From sequence record CP128686.1: a DNA stretch of 64,000 nucleotides. The stretch is one strand, 5' to 3'. Position numbers and translations under genes: made by a program. This document shows, piece after piece, positions 49,045 to 58,737 of the stretch (the first letter of the stretch is position 1; every line of letters begins with the position of its first letter). The DNA comes from a plasmid. Below the pieces are notes generated by a model. The model had not been told where the DNA came from. It searched no databases and saw nothing but the letters and a program-made list of their open reading frames with translations.

Positions 49045-50178
49045 ATGCACTTTTATGTTGATGAAACCGGCCATACCGGACCGAACCTTTTTGACAGCAC
49101 TCAGCCGATACTGTCCTACGGCGTGCTGTCCTCACCCGATGATCTCGATACTGTCGCGGAGCCTGCCCTCGCTGCGCTGCGTAAAAAAATGGGGGTGGTG
49201 CGACTGCACGCCGCCGAACTGGGTATGCACCGCCTGGATAACGTCATCGATACGTTACTGGTTCTGCAGAAAAAGCACCGTATCCGCTTTGATATCTGGC
49301 AGGTGGTCAAACGCGATCACGCCATCATTTCCTTCTTCGATCAGGTGTTTGACCAGGGGATGAATCCGGTGGTGCCCTGGACGGCCTACTGGACCCCGCT
49401 TCGCTATCCCCTGCTGATAAATCTGGCCCGGCTGTTTGATGATGAGCTAGCGGAAAAAGCCTGGCGCGCCCGTCTGGAAGCCCACGATGGCCGGTCGGCG
49501 GCGTTGTTGGGGGAAGTCTGCAGCGTACTGCTTTCACGTGTCGGGATGCTGGGCGATCCCCGTTTCATTGAAATTGTGACTGATGCGCTGTCGTGGGCAA
49601 TGGCCCACTTTGATGAACTCAGCTACAACTGCAAAACCAATAAAGAAAAACTGCAGATCATGCCAAACATGATTGGCTTTCAGTCCGTGCTTCATGGGAT
49701 CTGCCACCGGCTAGGCGCTCCCAACCGCAAGGCCCGCATCATTGTTGATCAGCAATCGCAGTTCAACACCACCCAGCGGGAGTTGAGCGTATTTTATCGT
49801 CAGATTCGCGCTCAGCCATGGGAGCTGGGGCCAGGTCTGCCGGTGATGGACATGAAAAACATGCCAGAGCAACCGCTGGTCTTCCAGTCTGGTACGCAGA
49901 GCGCCGGACTGGAACTGGTTGATCTCTATCTGTGGATCTTCAAACGCTTTATGGAAGGTAAAGAACTAACCCGGCCGCTGACACGCCTGGTTTATACCAA
50001 CCGGCATACCTCTATCACCTCCAGCGTGTCACTGGACGCGATCGGCAAACAGTTTAAAGCGTTCATGGAGACCCTGCCGGAGCCAACGGCGGACATGTTG
50101 CAAAAAGGGCGTGAACTTCAGGCCCGGGAAGAAGCCCGCCGTCTGCAGCACCGGGTTCCCGGTTTCACTAGCATCTGA
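49045..50178 (+). CDS. DUF3800-domain protein.
   Basis: N-terminal MHFYVDETGHTG (DUF3800 YxDESG motif) and distal SAGLELVDLYLWIF (conserved S...LQ/E..D motif). 377 aa. Confidence 0.6.
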   Translation: MHFYVDETGHTGPNLFDSTQPILSYGVLSSPDDLDTVAEPALAALRKKMGVVRLHAAELGMHRLDNVIDTLLVLQKKHRIRFDIWQVVKRDHAIISFFDQVFDQGMNPVVPWTAYWTPLRYPLLINLARLFDDELAEKAWRARLEAHDGRSAALLGEVCSVLLSRVGMLGDPRFIEIVTDALSWAMAHFDELSYNCKTNKEKLQIMPNMIGFQSVLHGICHRLGAPNRKARIIVDQQSQFNTTQRELSVFYRQIRAQPWELGPGLPVMDMKNMPEQPLVFQSGTQSAGLELVDLYLWIFKRFMEGKELTRPLTRLVYTNRHTSITSSVSLDAIGKQFKAFMETLPEPTADMLQKGRELQAREEARRLQHRVPGFTSI

Positions 50179-50193
50179 CCGGCGGGTAGCACG

Positions 50194-50487
50194 ATGGAAA
50201 ATCAGGAGCACCTGACGCTGATCCACTCGCTGATCAAAACCCACGCCTTCAACGGTTATACCCTAGTCAGCACGAAGTACTGGCAGACGCCCTCGGTCAG
50301 TGACATTTCCGTGGTCCGGGGGCTGATCCCCCTGACTGACCTGGAGCTGGCCCACCGGCTGGCGGTGGACCCACGAACTATCCGCAAATGGAAATCCGGT
50401 CAGACACAGATGGTGTTCACCACCTGGTGCTGTCTGTGCTGGCTGGCCGGGCTGGGCATGCCGCTGGATAACGAAATCAGCGACTGA
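50194..50487 (+). CDS. Small HTH protein downstream of the DUF3800 gene.
   Basis: LTDLELAHRLAVDPRTIRKWKSG resembles an XRE/Cro-like HTH. Begins 16 bp after the DUF3800 stop. Confidence 0.35.
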   Translation: MENQEHLTLIHSLIKTHAFNGYTLVSTKYWQTPSVSDISVVRGLIPLTDLELAHRLAVDPRTIRKWKSGQTQMVFTTWCCLCWLAGLGMPLDNEISD

Positions 50488-50683
50488 AGACGCGACGGTA
50501 GATACGGCGGAAAATATACCGGCGGTAATATCGCCAGCTGCATGTCCAGATATAGGGAAGCTCGTCAAAGTGGGTTAAGAACCAGGTGAGGCTCCGGTAC
50601 GCTACGACAACGGCCCAGATGAACTTACCGATGGCGATGAGGGTGAGGATGACAGTAAATACTGCTGCGATAAATGTAGACAT
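50477..50683 (-). CDS. Small single-TM peptide with an Arg/Tyr-rich tail.
   Basis: 68 aa. MSTFIAAVFTVILTLIAIGKFIWAVVVAY is followed by ...RYYRRYIFRRIYRRVFSR. Convergent with the HTH gene. Confidence 0.3.
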   Translation of the reverse strand: MSTFIAAVFTVILTLIAIGKFIWAVVVAYRSLTWFLTHFDELPYIWTCSWRYYRRYIFRRIYRRVFSR

Positions 50684-51034
50684 AGTGTTCTCCTTTATGT
50701 CCGGGTTGATGTGCAGGTATTTACTGTTGACGAGTGGACTTAAAGGCCGCTTTTCCGCAAAAAGTGAAAATAAATTCGTTTTTCGCCTTTTATTGCCGTT
50801 ATGTATTGAATAAGACAGAACCTTTGTTGATTACGCATTAATGCCGTTTTTGCAATAATTTTTCACTTTATTTCTTATTTTGTTCGCAATGTCTCTGTTT
50901 CGTTCCTCAGATCCGAAAAAAGGTAGTTCCGGATCTCAGTAAAATCGTATGAATTTTGAGTTGTCTCCACTCCTTCCCTTTTTCAAAATGTTATCTATAA
51001 CTGGCTGAGGAACTTCACTGCTGCGGAGGCTAAT

Positions 51035-51325
51035 TTGGGCGTAAAAATTACAGGTATAGATAAATTGCAGAAACAATTGAAAGAAGTTGAGGAAGCGGCT
51101 GAAACCCTTAACGGTAGTTATCCGGTAAGTTTTGATGCAAACGATCCTGTCAGCATTGAAACTGCGATTCAGGAAGCGTACAGCATGTTGGAGGAGCGAG
51201 CCTCACGGTATGCCGCTAATCCGATGATTAGTCCCATGATCGAGGCCATGAAAGAGGATTTGCGTCAGCAAATTCTGGATAGTGCCGAACAGCAAAGACA
51301 GGAGAACGGGCAGGATGGCAATTGA
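51035..51325 (+). CDS. Small acidic protein (96 aa, TTG start), translationally coupled to the TIR-like gene.
   Basis: ggagg lies 5 nt upstream of the TTG. Overlaps the next gene's probable start (51315) by 11 nt. Confidence 0.35.
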   Translation: MGVKITGIDKLQKQLKEVEEAAETLNGSYPVSFDANDPVSIETAIQEAYSMLEERASRYAANPMISPMIEAMKEDLRQQILDSAEQQRQENGQDGN

Positions 51326-52214
51326 CATTTTTCAGTCACTCAAAAATTGTGTGTATGATTTGCAGCGTGCTGATGCACAGAACTATCAGCAACCACTGAA
51401 ACAACTGGCCCGGCTCCTGAACGACGGTAATCTACAGGCTGTTAACGAACGCCTGACATGTGATGTCGATCTTGACGCCTTTCTGGCGAAAAGTCATGAA
51501 ACCGAATCCAGTATGGCCGGCTCCGCCATCCTGCAGTGGCCTGAAGAACCGCGTGAAATTTTAGGCCTGAAGCTTTTGTTAATCAGGAAAATGTCCGTTA
51601 ACGATAATTTCGCATTCAATTTTTGCCACACGTTTTTCTATGACCGAAAAATTATTGAATCTGTCCGTAAGTTCACATCCTCGTTACTGGTAACTTTTGT
51701 TCGCGACTACCAGCTGTATGTTGAGAATGAATCCGATCCTGATCCGGTAGTAATACGTCAGGTCTCGCGCAAAATTTTTATTGTTCACGGCCATGATAAT
51801 GATGCCCTTCAGTCTGTTGCCCGCTTTATATCCCGGATAGGGCTGGAGGAAATCATTCTCTCTGAACGTCCTGATGGCTCAAGGACTGTAATCGAGAAAT
51901 TTGAAGCGGAGTCAGGAGATGTCAGCTTTGCCATAGTGCTGATGACACCCGACGACAGTGGAAATGCCCTGGCATCTGAAAACACACGACTGCGTGCACG
52001 CCAGAATGTCCTGTATGAACTGGGATATTTCGCGGGTAAGCTTGGGCGCGGGAAAGTGCTGGTACTAAGGAAGGGAGATATCGAAATACCTTCCGATCTC
52101 GCGGGCGTACTCTATACCGAGCTTGATGAGCATGGTGGATGGAAACGCAAGCTGCTGAGTGAGCTGACGTATGCCGGTGTTCCTTTTGACAAGGAAAAAG
52201 CGTTAAGCGCCTGA
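51282..52214 (+). CDS. Two-domain protein with an unknown N-terminal domain and a C-terminal TIR-like nucleotide-binding domain (COG4271-type).
   Basis: The C-terminal approximately 150 aa contain KIFIVHGHDNDALQSVARFISRIGLEEIIL...SFAIVLMTPDD...VLYELGYFAGKLGRGKVLVL. That is the hallmark of TIR-like domains seen in ThsB, Pycsar and CBASS TIR effectors. The probable start is MAIDIF at 51315. Confidence 0.55.
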   Translation: MPNSKDRRTGRMAIDIFQSLKNCVYDLQRADAQNYQQPLKQLARLLNDGNLQAVNERLTCDVDLDAFLAKSHETESSMAGSAILQWPEEPREILGLKLLLIRKMSVNDNFAFNFCHTFFYDRKIIESVRKFTSSLLVTFVRDYQLYVENESDPDPVVIRQVSRKIFIVHGHDNDALQSVARFISRIGLEEIILSERPDGSRTVIEKFEAESGDVSFAIVLMTPDDSGNALASENTRLRARQNVLYELGYFAGKLGRGKVLVLRKGDIEIPSDLAGVLYTELDEHGGWKRKLLSELTYAGVPFDKEKALSA

Positions 52215-52262
52215 TCCACTTATTGAGTAATAAAAAGGCCGCCAGGCGGCCTTTTTATCAGA

Positions 52263-53594
52263 TCAGTCGTCATTTCCCAGTGCACTTTTGAGTTCTTCCT
52301 GCTCCGGCGTCAGCTCGTTGCCGGACAGCATAACCTTCAGCTTCTCTTCGACTGCTGACCAGTCATCAAAGAACGGACTGACCTGGTCACGCGCAATCCG
52401 GCGATATGCCCCTCTGTGAGAGCTGAAGACACTGGTCTGTAATCGTATCAACAGGTTAACGAGGCCTTCATCAGTGGCAGTTACTTCTCTGACCCATTGC
52501 TTCACGGCTTCATCTGAACTCATGTCTCTCCAGGCGTAGAGATACCCGAGAATTGACTGGCGCAGGAGAAGTTGTTGCTTAAGTTCTGGCTGACTCATGC
52601 GTTCAGCAAATCTGTCACGCAACCGTTCCGTAATATCGCGACTGAAAAGAGCGTCTGAAGGGGAAGGTACTGCATTTTGAGCAAGACCGTGTTCCCAGAT
52701 AAGATCCCGCATAAAATCGGCTATCCAGAACGGCGAAGCGCCAGTAACAATCAGCTTTTCCATCTGCGTGACTGTTCTGGTCTCATCAATATTCTGCATA
52801 TGCTTCAGCAGATGCCGTACAACCTGATTAATGCCAGTTTCACGCAGGGAAAACCATGTGTTACGGATCCGGAAGCGAGTGCTGACCTCATCCGTGTGAT
52901 CGAAGAAAAACTGAATCAACCCAGCACACTCTTCGAAATTACGTTCCTTAATCAGCCCCGGTGTCAGCCTGCTTAGTATATGTTCGAACCAGGTTCCGGA
53001 CAGACTACCCACACTGTTGATTTTTGAAAGGAGCTTTTCAGAGAGCTGCTGCTGGTTTTCCGGTACGCCTGCCTGCTTAAAAAGCTCATTAAAGAAATCA
53101 GTGGGCAGAACATTCTGGGGTGAGGAGAAGGCATAATAATATCGCCAGTGCGTCAGACTGCTGAGTCGTTTACCGGTCGTCTGGATATGACGAAAATCCT
53201 CACTGACGGGCTCAAAGAGATTCAGATGTGCATCATCATGTCCGCTGATACCGGGGAGCCAGTCTGCAAGCGTCAGAAACGAGTCTGCATTGGATGCCCT
53301 GAACGTCTTCATAGACCTTATAAGCTCCTCCCGGAAGTCTGCCTTTTCTCGGTCAGAAAGCATGCCCTGGCCGGTTTCAATCACGGACCGTTCTGTCAGG
53401 TAATGCTCTGTCCAGTCATACAGGGCCGGGTTTGTCACCCGGATAAGCTGGAGTAGGCACAAATCAGGGAAATACACAAAATCCCGCATCCCCGGATACA
53501 GAAAAATCAGGGAATTAATCGCCTGATGGATCTCCCGTGGCGTCGAAAGTGCGCCACCATACGTATCCGTCACCGCGGCGAGATCCCCTGACAT
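52263..53594 (-). CDS. C-terminal portion of a KAP-family P-loop NTPase. It is in frame with 53628..54488 across one TAA codon.
   Basis: Contiguous with the upstream ORF in the same frame (33 nt apart plus one in-frame TAA at 53628..53630). Confidence 0.5.
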   Translation of the reverse strand: MSGDLAAVTDTYGGALSTPREIHQAINSLIFLYPGMRDFVYFPDLCLLQLIRVTNPALYDWTEHYLTERSVIETGQGMLSDREKADFREELIRSMKTFRASNADSFLTLADWLPGISGHDDAHLNLFEPVSEDFRHIQTTGKRLSSLTHWRYYYAFSSPQNVLPTDFFNELFKQAGVPENQQQLSEKLLSKINSVGSLSGTWFEHILSRLTPGLIKERNFEECAGLIQFFFDHTDEVSTRFRIRNTWFSLRETGINQVVRHLLKHMQNIDETRTVTQMEKLIVTGASPFWIADFMRDLIWEHGLAQNAVPSPSDALFSRDITERLRDRFAERMSQPELKQQLLLRQSILGYLYAWRDMSSDEAVKQWVREVTATDEGLVNLLIRLQTSVFSSHRGAYRRIARDQVSPFFDDWSAVEEKLKVMLSGNELTPEQEELKSALGNDD

Positions 53595-53627
53595 TCCAGA
53601 GTCTGGCGGTTGATTATTAATTTGCTG

Positions 53628-54488
53628 TTACAGCGCCTCAGCCCGCTGGCGAAATTCATTGCGTAAATCAAAGGCTTCAGGCCGGGGTAATTTAAAACTG
53701 AGCTGAATGATTTTCTGCAGGTAACGGCTGCCATCTTCTATATTCAGCGCATACTCAACGGCATGAGTGATAATCTGCCTGTCATAACAGAGAATATGGG
53801 TAAAGCGGGGCAGATCGGCTACAGCCCTCACCAGTCTGAACACTTCAGCAATCTGGGAAGGTTCAAGTCGATCAAGGTCATCCATAACGACGATGAATTT
53901 CAGATCCAGAGTAACCAGTTGTTTCGCAATTTCAGCCCGCAGTTTTGTTGTCGTTTTTTGATCAACTGCGAGACGACTCTCGGTAAATACTTTTATCCCG
54001 CCTGCTATCCAGTTAATGATGCTGGAAAACTGCCCGATATACTGAACCAGCGGAAGAACGCGCGATGAAGTATCCTGAGCATACTCAATCACTTTCTGAG
54101 CTTCTGGTGACAACAGATATTTACGCCAGAACTTTTTGAAGCCCTTCGGAGGATAGCGTTTTTCCATTTCCTGCTGAATAACCGTGGCAACAGGAAGAAA
54201 GAGCGCTTCAACCGGATCACTGCCACTCAGCCATGGGGAAACATGCAGTACATGCGTGTGTCCATCCTTGTGCTGAAAAAGACTTTTCAGTATCAGATTC
54301 AGAAGGCTTGTTTTACCTGAGCCCCATGCTCCTTCAATTCCGATCACATTTGAAGCTTCCTGTGGAAGGGAAAGAATGGATCGGGAGATATTTTCTGCAA
54401 TATTTCTGAAGCCATATCGATCCTCAGGTACATTCTCAACTGCCGCATCAAGCCCTTTCTGGTTCCACAGTTGCCTCAGTATTTTCAT
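53628..54488 (-). CDS. KAP-family P-loop NTPase, N-terminal portion.
   Basis: Walker A IGIEGAWGSGKTSLLNLI about 50 aa from the N-terminus and Walker B IVVMDDLDR, a typical KAP NTPase layout. The start is separated from the upstream gene's stop by 1 nt (TAAtATG). Confidence 0.6.
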   Translation of the reverse strand: MKILRQLWNQKGLDAAVENVPEDRYGFRNIAENISRSILSLPQEASNVIGIEGAWGSGKTSLLNLILKSLFQHKDGHTHVLHVSPWLSGSDPVEALFLPVATVIQQEMEKRYPPKGFKKFWRKYLLSPEAQKVIEYAQDTSSRVLPLVQYIGQFSSIINWIAGGIKVFTESRLAVDQKTTTKLRAEIAKQLVTLDLKFIVVMDDLDRLEPSQIAEVFRLVRAVADLPRFTHILCYDRQIITHAVEYALNIEDGSRYLQKIIQLSFKLPRPEAFDLRNEFRQRAEAL

Positions 54489-54489
54489 A

Positions 54490-55392
54490 TTACAGATCTC
54501 CGTAAAGGCCGCGCAGCCCGGTCAGGGCCTCCGCCAGCGTACCTTCCGCACATCGCGTGGTAAGCTCCCGGACCAGCGTCTCAAAGGCCTCCGCCGGTAA
54601 AAAAATCCGCAGGCCGTCGATACCGAAAAATCCCTCTTTTGATACATGCCCGGGCGGGGAGAACATCACACGCGCCCCTTGGTGACCGTGCGCCAGGGCT
54701 TCCGGATGGCGGGAATACAGCGTGAACAGGCCCAGCAGTTCGTAGAACGCCTCCCAGCCGTACGGCACCACGAAGTCCTGGCCGGTGATCAGCAGGTGCA
54801 GACGGGGCGTGGTGTACCAGGCCCCCGGGCGTTCTCCGGGGGGCTGGCCGTCAATGCGGATATCAAGGCGCAGGGTGCCGGCCCCGATGGTTTCCGTTAC
54901 GGCAGAAATAACCGGGCGCAGCTCCTGCGCCAGAGCGGTGGCCTTCTGTTCTGTCCAGCCCAGCCCGCGCAGGACCAGAGGGAATATGGTCTTCAGCCGC
55001 GGCAGGGTGAAAATTTCAGACAGGTTAGCGTCGGGAATGTCAGCCAGCTCAAAACAGTCGCTCTCCAGCGGACGCAAAAGATGCTCGGCATACATCTGAT
55101 CCACGACCGGGCGCAGCGCTGCCCGGAACCGGTCAAACTCTTCCATCCAGTTTTCGCCGGCCAGGCGGAAGATCCCCTTCAGGTAGTGGTCATCCACCGG
55201 ACGGTCATGCTCCACCTGCCAGGCCAGCAGGTCACGGGTGATGTCGAGCAGCGTGCCCAGGGCCGGCAGGGTTGCCAGCCTGTTATGCCCGCGCAGGAAG
55301 GCCTCCCTGGTATGAACCAGCATAAAGCGCAGCTCGTCGCGGGAGAGCACTGACGTGCCGAAGGTCTGGCCGAGAATGATATGCCGGTACAC
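54490..55392 (-). CDS. Hypothetical 300-aa GC-rich protein, translationally coupled upstream of the KAP NTPase.
   Basis: Long ORF with the stop/start arrangement TAAtATG relative to the KAP gene. No recognisable motif. Local GC is clearly higher than the surrounding plasmid. Confidence 0.45.
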   Translation of the reverse strand: MYRHIILGQTFGTSVLSRDELRFMLVHTREAFLRGHNRLATLPALGTLLDITRDLLAWQVEHDRPVDDHYLKGIFRLAGENWMEEFDRFRAALRPVVDQMYAEHLLRPLESDCFELADIPDANLSEIFTLPRLKTIFPLVLRGLGWTEQKATALAQELRPVISAVTETIGAGTLRLDIRIDGQPPGERPGAWYTTPRLHLLITGQDFVVPYGWEAFYELLGLFTLYSRHPEALAHGHQGARVMFSPPGHVSKEGFFGIDGLRIFLPAEAFETLVRELTTRCAEGTLAEALTGLRGLYGDL

Positions 55393-55676
55393 AAAGCGTT
55401 ATTGTCGTCTCAGCACAATTCACACGCGTCGTGTACGCTAAGCCTTCATTTTGCTCAGCACAGGACCGCGATCTTATGTTGGTGACTATGACAGACAAAG
55501 AACTCAGTCGGATCAACATCATTCAGTCAGTTATTGAAAAGCGCATGCGTCGTCGCGATGCTGCTCATCAGCTTGCTTTGACCGAATGTCAGACACAGCG
55601 TTTGATTGATGATCAGCACTACAGTGAGTCCATAAAACGGTCGTTTTATGGAGACTGACAATTAATTGCGAAACCA

Positions 55677-56201
55677 TTAACTAGGTAATGGAAGTTGAGT
55701 GGTGTATTTTATTTCCTCCATGGAAAAACTGGATGTTACATCACTCAATCCGCTTACTGAGCTGACCAGCTTTTTGTAAAAACTATCGTAACCCTTCATA
55801 TCTGAAACCACTACCTGAAGAAGATAATCATATTCTCCCGTGGTACGGAAAAAAGTCATCACTTCTGGCATACTATTGACCTGCGAAACGAAATGTTTAT
55901 ACCAGTCATGGCTGTGGTTTTGTGTTTTTATCATCACGAAGGCTGTAAGCGACAAGTTAAGCTTATCCTTACTCAACAGAGCAACCCGACCAGTGATGAT
56001 CCCCTCATCTTCAAGACGTTTTATGCGCTTCCAGCAAGGATTCGGCGTTAAATCGACAGCCGCTGCCAGGTCCTGTAGACACAGTGTACAGTCATGTTGT
56101 AACAGCCTGAGCAGCTCCTTATCTTTCTTATCCAGCATAACCGCCCCTTCTGATGGAGAATATTTTTCTCTAAAAGTATAAAATAAAAGTGAAGAAAACA
56201 A
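55677..56201 (-). CDS. Lrp/AsnC-family transcriptional regulator.
   Basis: N-terminal HTH ([15 protein letters not shown]...) and a RAM domain. Divergent from the EamA transporter. Confidence 0.85.
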   Translation of the reverse strand: MFSSLLFYTFREKYSPSEGAVMLDKKDKELLRLLQHDCTLCLQDLAAAVDLTPNPCWKRIKRLEDEGIITGRVALLSKDKLNLSLTAFVMIKTQNHSHDWYKHFVSQVNSMPEVMTFFRTTGEYDYLLQVVVSDMKGYDSFYKKLVSSVSGLSDVTSSFSMEEIKYTTQLPLPS

Positions 56202-56253
56202 TATTTTTCTCCCGTTAAAAAGTTAAATTAATTTCTTTTACTGGGAGTATCTT

Positions 56254-57201
56254 ATGCGCAGAGTGACGATATTGGTATTATTCCTGCTGGTTTCACTGAC
56301 CTGGGGGACCACATGGCTGGCTATGCGGATAGCCGCTGAAACTATCCCTCCGGTGTTTGCAACCGGGATGAGGTTTATGTTTGCAGCTCCATTCTTAATC
56401 GGCATTGCATGGTTAAGAAAAACACCGCTTTTATTTCCACGCGGACAACGCTTGTTCCAGCTTGTAATTTGTATTTTTTATTTTGCCATTCCTTTCTCAT
56501 TAATGATTTATGGTGAAACATATGTCAGCTCCGGGCTTGCCTCCATTATATTTTCAAACATGCCTGTGGCTGTTTTGATTGCATCAGTTTTGTTTTTGAA
56601 TGAAAAAACAAACTCAATGCAGATTGCGGGTTTAACTATCGCAATAGTGGCACTGGCGGGCATTCTTCTCGAAGAAACGAAAACAAGCACAGAGACCCAA
56701 TGGCAGGGAATCATTGCGCTTGTTTCAGCCGTAATCATCCATGCCATAATATATACTCAATGCAAGAAAAGAAGCTGTGCTGTCTCTGTTATAACGTTTA
56801 ATGCGCTCCCGTGCTTTCTGGCAGGATTGTTACTTTCTGCGGCAGGATGGTTCTTCGAAAGACCACTGGTGTCAGCCTTCTCAGCACACTCAATATTAGC
56901 TACCCTGTATCTCGGTGCTTTTGCCGGGGTTTTTGGGATATTGTGCTACTTTGCACTTCAGCAAAAGGCCAGTGCCTTTCAGGCTTCACTTGTATTCCTT
57001 ATTTTTCCTCTGATTGCGGTAAGCCTGGAAAGCTATGTATATGGATATGCAATTTCAACTCAATCAATGCTCTTTATTATACCGTTAGTTGCCGGGATAT
57101 TTCTTACTCTTTTCTCACGGCGAGTGTCTGCAACCAACAAACATCGGGATTGCTCACCACAAACAAATAATGGTATTCATGAGCATACTGAGACTTCCTG
57201 A
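56254..57201 (+). CDS. EamA/DMT-family transporter, paralog of peg-344.
   Basis: 315 aa. Clearly alignable with 11888..12790 (MRRVTILVLFLLVSLTWGTTWLAMRIAAETIPPVFATGMRF...). Confidence 0.8.
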   Translation: MRRVTILVLFLLVSLTWGTTWLAMRIAAETIPPVFATGMRFMFAAPFLIGIAWLRKTPLLFPRGQRLFQLVICIFYFAIPFSLMIYGETYVSSGLASIIFSNMPVAVLIASVLFLNEKTNSMQIAGLTIAIVALAGILLEETKTSTETQWQGIIALVSAVIIHAIIYTQCKKRSCAVSVITFNALPCFLAGLLLSAAGWFFERPLVSAFSAHSILATLYLGAFAGVFGILCYFALQQKASAFQASLVFLIFPLIAVSLESYVYGYAISTQSMLFIIPLVAGIFLTLFSRRVSATNKHRDCSPQTNNGIHEHTETS

Positions 57202-57535
57202 GGATTTAAAGAAAAGGCTTTCGTTTTCAGTTAATGTGGGTCGGTTGAAATGAGGGTTAGCTGCCGATACCAGTGAGGGATAGAAAGGGATCACCTACCT
57301 ATCCCTTCACCCTTGTATCTAACAGTTTGTGGTGATTAGCTACCACCACTGAAGCTGAGTGAGCCGCCCCCTTCACTTAAGGTCAGAAAAGCCAGCACCG
57401 CTGAACCTTGATTTGCAGCATATGGCCCTCCGCTTCACCTTTCACGCCAGCACATCAGGTTGAACGGTTACCGGGAGCTCGACTCCGTATGTACAAGGCG
57501 AACAGGCGTGACGGTTTATGTGAGAGGAGTTTGAC

Positions 57536-58532
57536 CATGTTTCCAGTCGGCATTGACGTAAGTAAAAACACCCTTGATCTTTGCATACTGTATGACGGTA
57601 TCAAAGGACGCATAAAAACCCGTAACATCCAAAATAACAGACATTCAGTTGAAAATATTCTTCGCTGGCTCAGGCTCCAGCACTGCGGTCCTGAGGATGT
57701 TCATGTTGTGATGGAAGCTACCGGTGTTTATCACGAACGGCTGGCCACTGAGTTACATGATGCCGGTTTCCGGGTTTCTCTGGCCAACCCTCACCGCAGT
57801 CGGGAGTTTGCACGCGGCATGGGAATAATGACAAAGACGGATAAGGTGGATGCGTATATGCTTGCCTGTTACGCATTCCTTAAGAAGCCACACCACTGGG
57901 AGCCGCCGTCCCCCGAAATCAGATATCTCGCTGCACTCCTGCGACGGCGTGATGTTCTGCTGGGTGATGCCCTGCGTGAGGAGAACAGGCTGGAAAAATA
58001 CCTGTCGACAGACACACCTGCAGATATTATCAGTTCCTGCAGGCGTATGGCGCAGCTTCTGCGCGAGGAGGTAAGTAATATCGAGCGGCAGATTAAAGCA
58101 CATATCAAAGCCAGCCCTGCACTGAGGCGTGATTATACACTGCTGAACTCAATTAAATCGGTTGGTCCCCAGTTGGGGATGCATATGCTGGTCGAGCTTC
58201 GCAGCCATAACTTTGCATCAGCTGAGCAGGCTGCCGCCTTTCTGGGCGTGGTGCCGATCGAGAAACGCTCAGGCACATCGGTCCGGAGCCGACCGCGGAT
58301 GTCGAAAATCGGCCCCCCTCAGTTGAGAGCGAGGCTTTACATGTCCGCCCTGTGCGGAAAAATCTACAATAAGCGAATGCGTAATATTTACGATGAGATG
58401 TGCCTGCGGGGTAAACCTAAAATGGTAGCCATTGGCGCGCTGATGCGGAAACTGGTGCACTGGTGTTATGGCGTCCTGAAGACCGGAACCGTTTTTAATG
58501 ACGAAGGTCTGAAACAAGTACTGTCAACCTGA
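57536..58532 (+). CDS. IS110-family transposase.
   Basis: MFPVGIDVSKNTLD... DEDD transposase N-terminus and a C-terminal HHH-like region. The ORF is open from 57408. Confidence 0.8.
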
Positions 58533-58737
58533 CTATACCTGGCTGGCATTAAACTCAAGGTAACGCTCACAGCAGTAAGTGAGCGCAGTCCGCTATGAGT
58601 GAAAAACGGAAGTTCGTAAAACGCAGACAATATCGAGGTGAGGCGTTTAACTGCAGGAAATCATCATCGACGAACAAACCTGTCTGCTCTTATGGCATAA
58701 GCCCCGGCCTTTAGTGGGCATCAGGGCTCTTTCTGCT

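Noticed and set aside
48721..49074. 117-aa minus-strand ORF upstream of the DUF3800 gene.
   Set aside because: It overlaps the DUF3800 start and promoter region and has no motif, so it is likely spurious.
54646..55353. 235-aa plus-strand ORF antisense to the 300-aa gene.
   Set aside because: The minus-strand ORF is translationally coupled (TAAtATG) to the KAP NTPase, so the plus-strand ORF is taken as a GC-rich shadow ORF.
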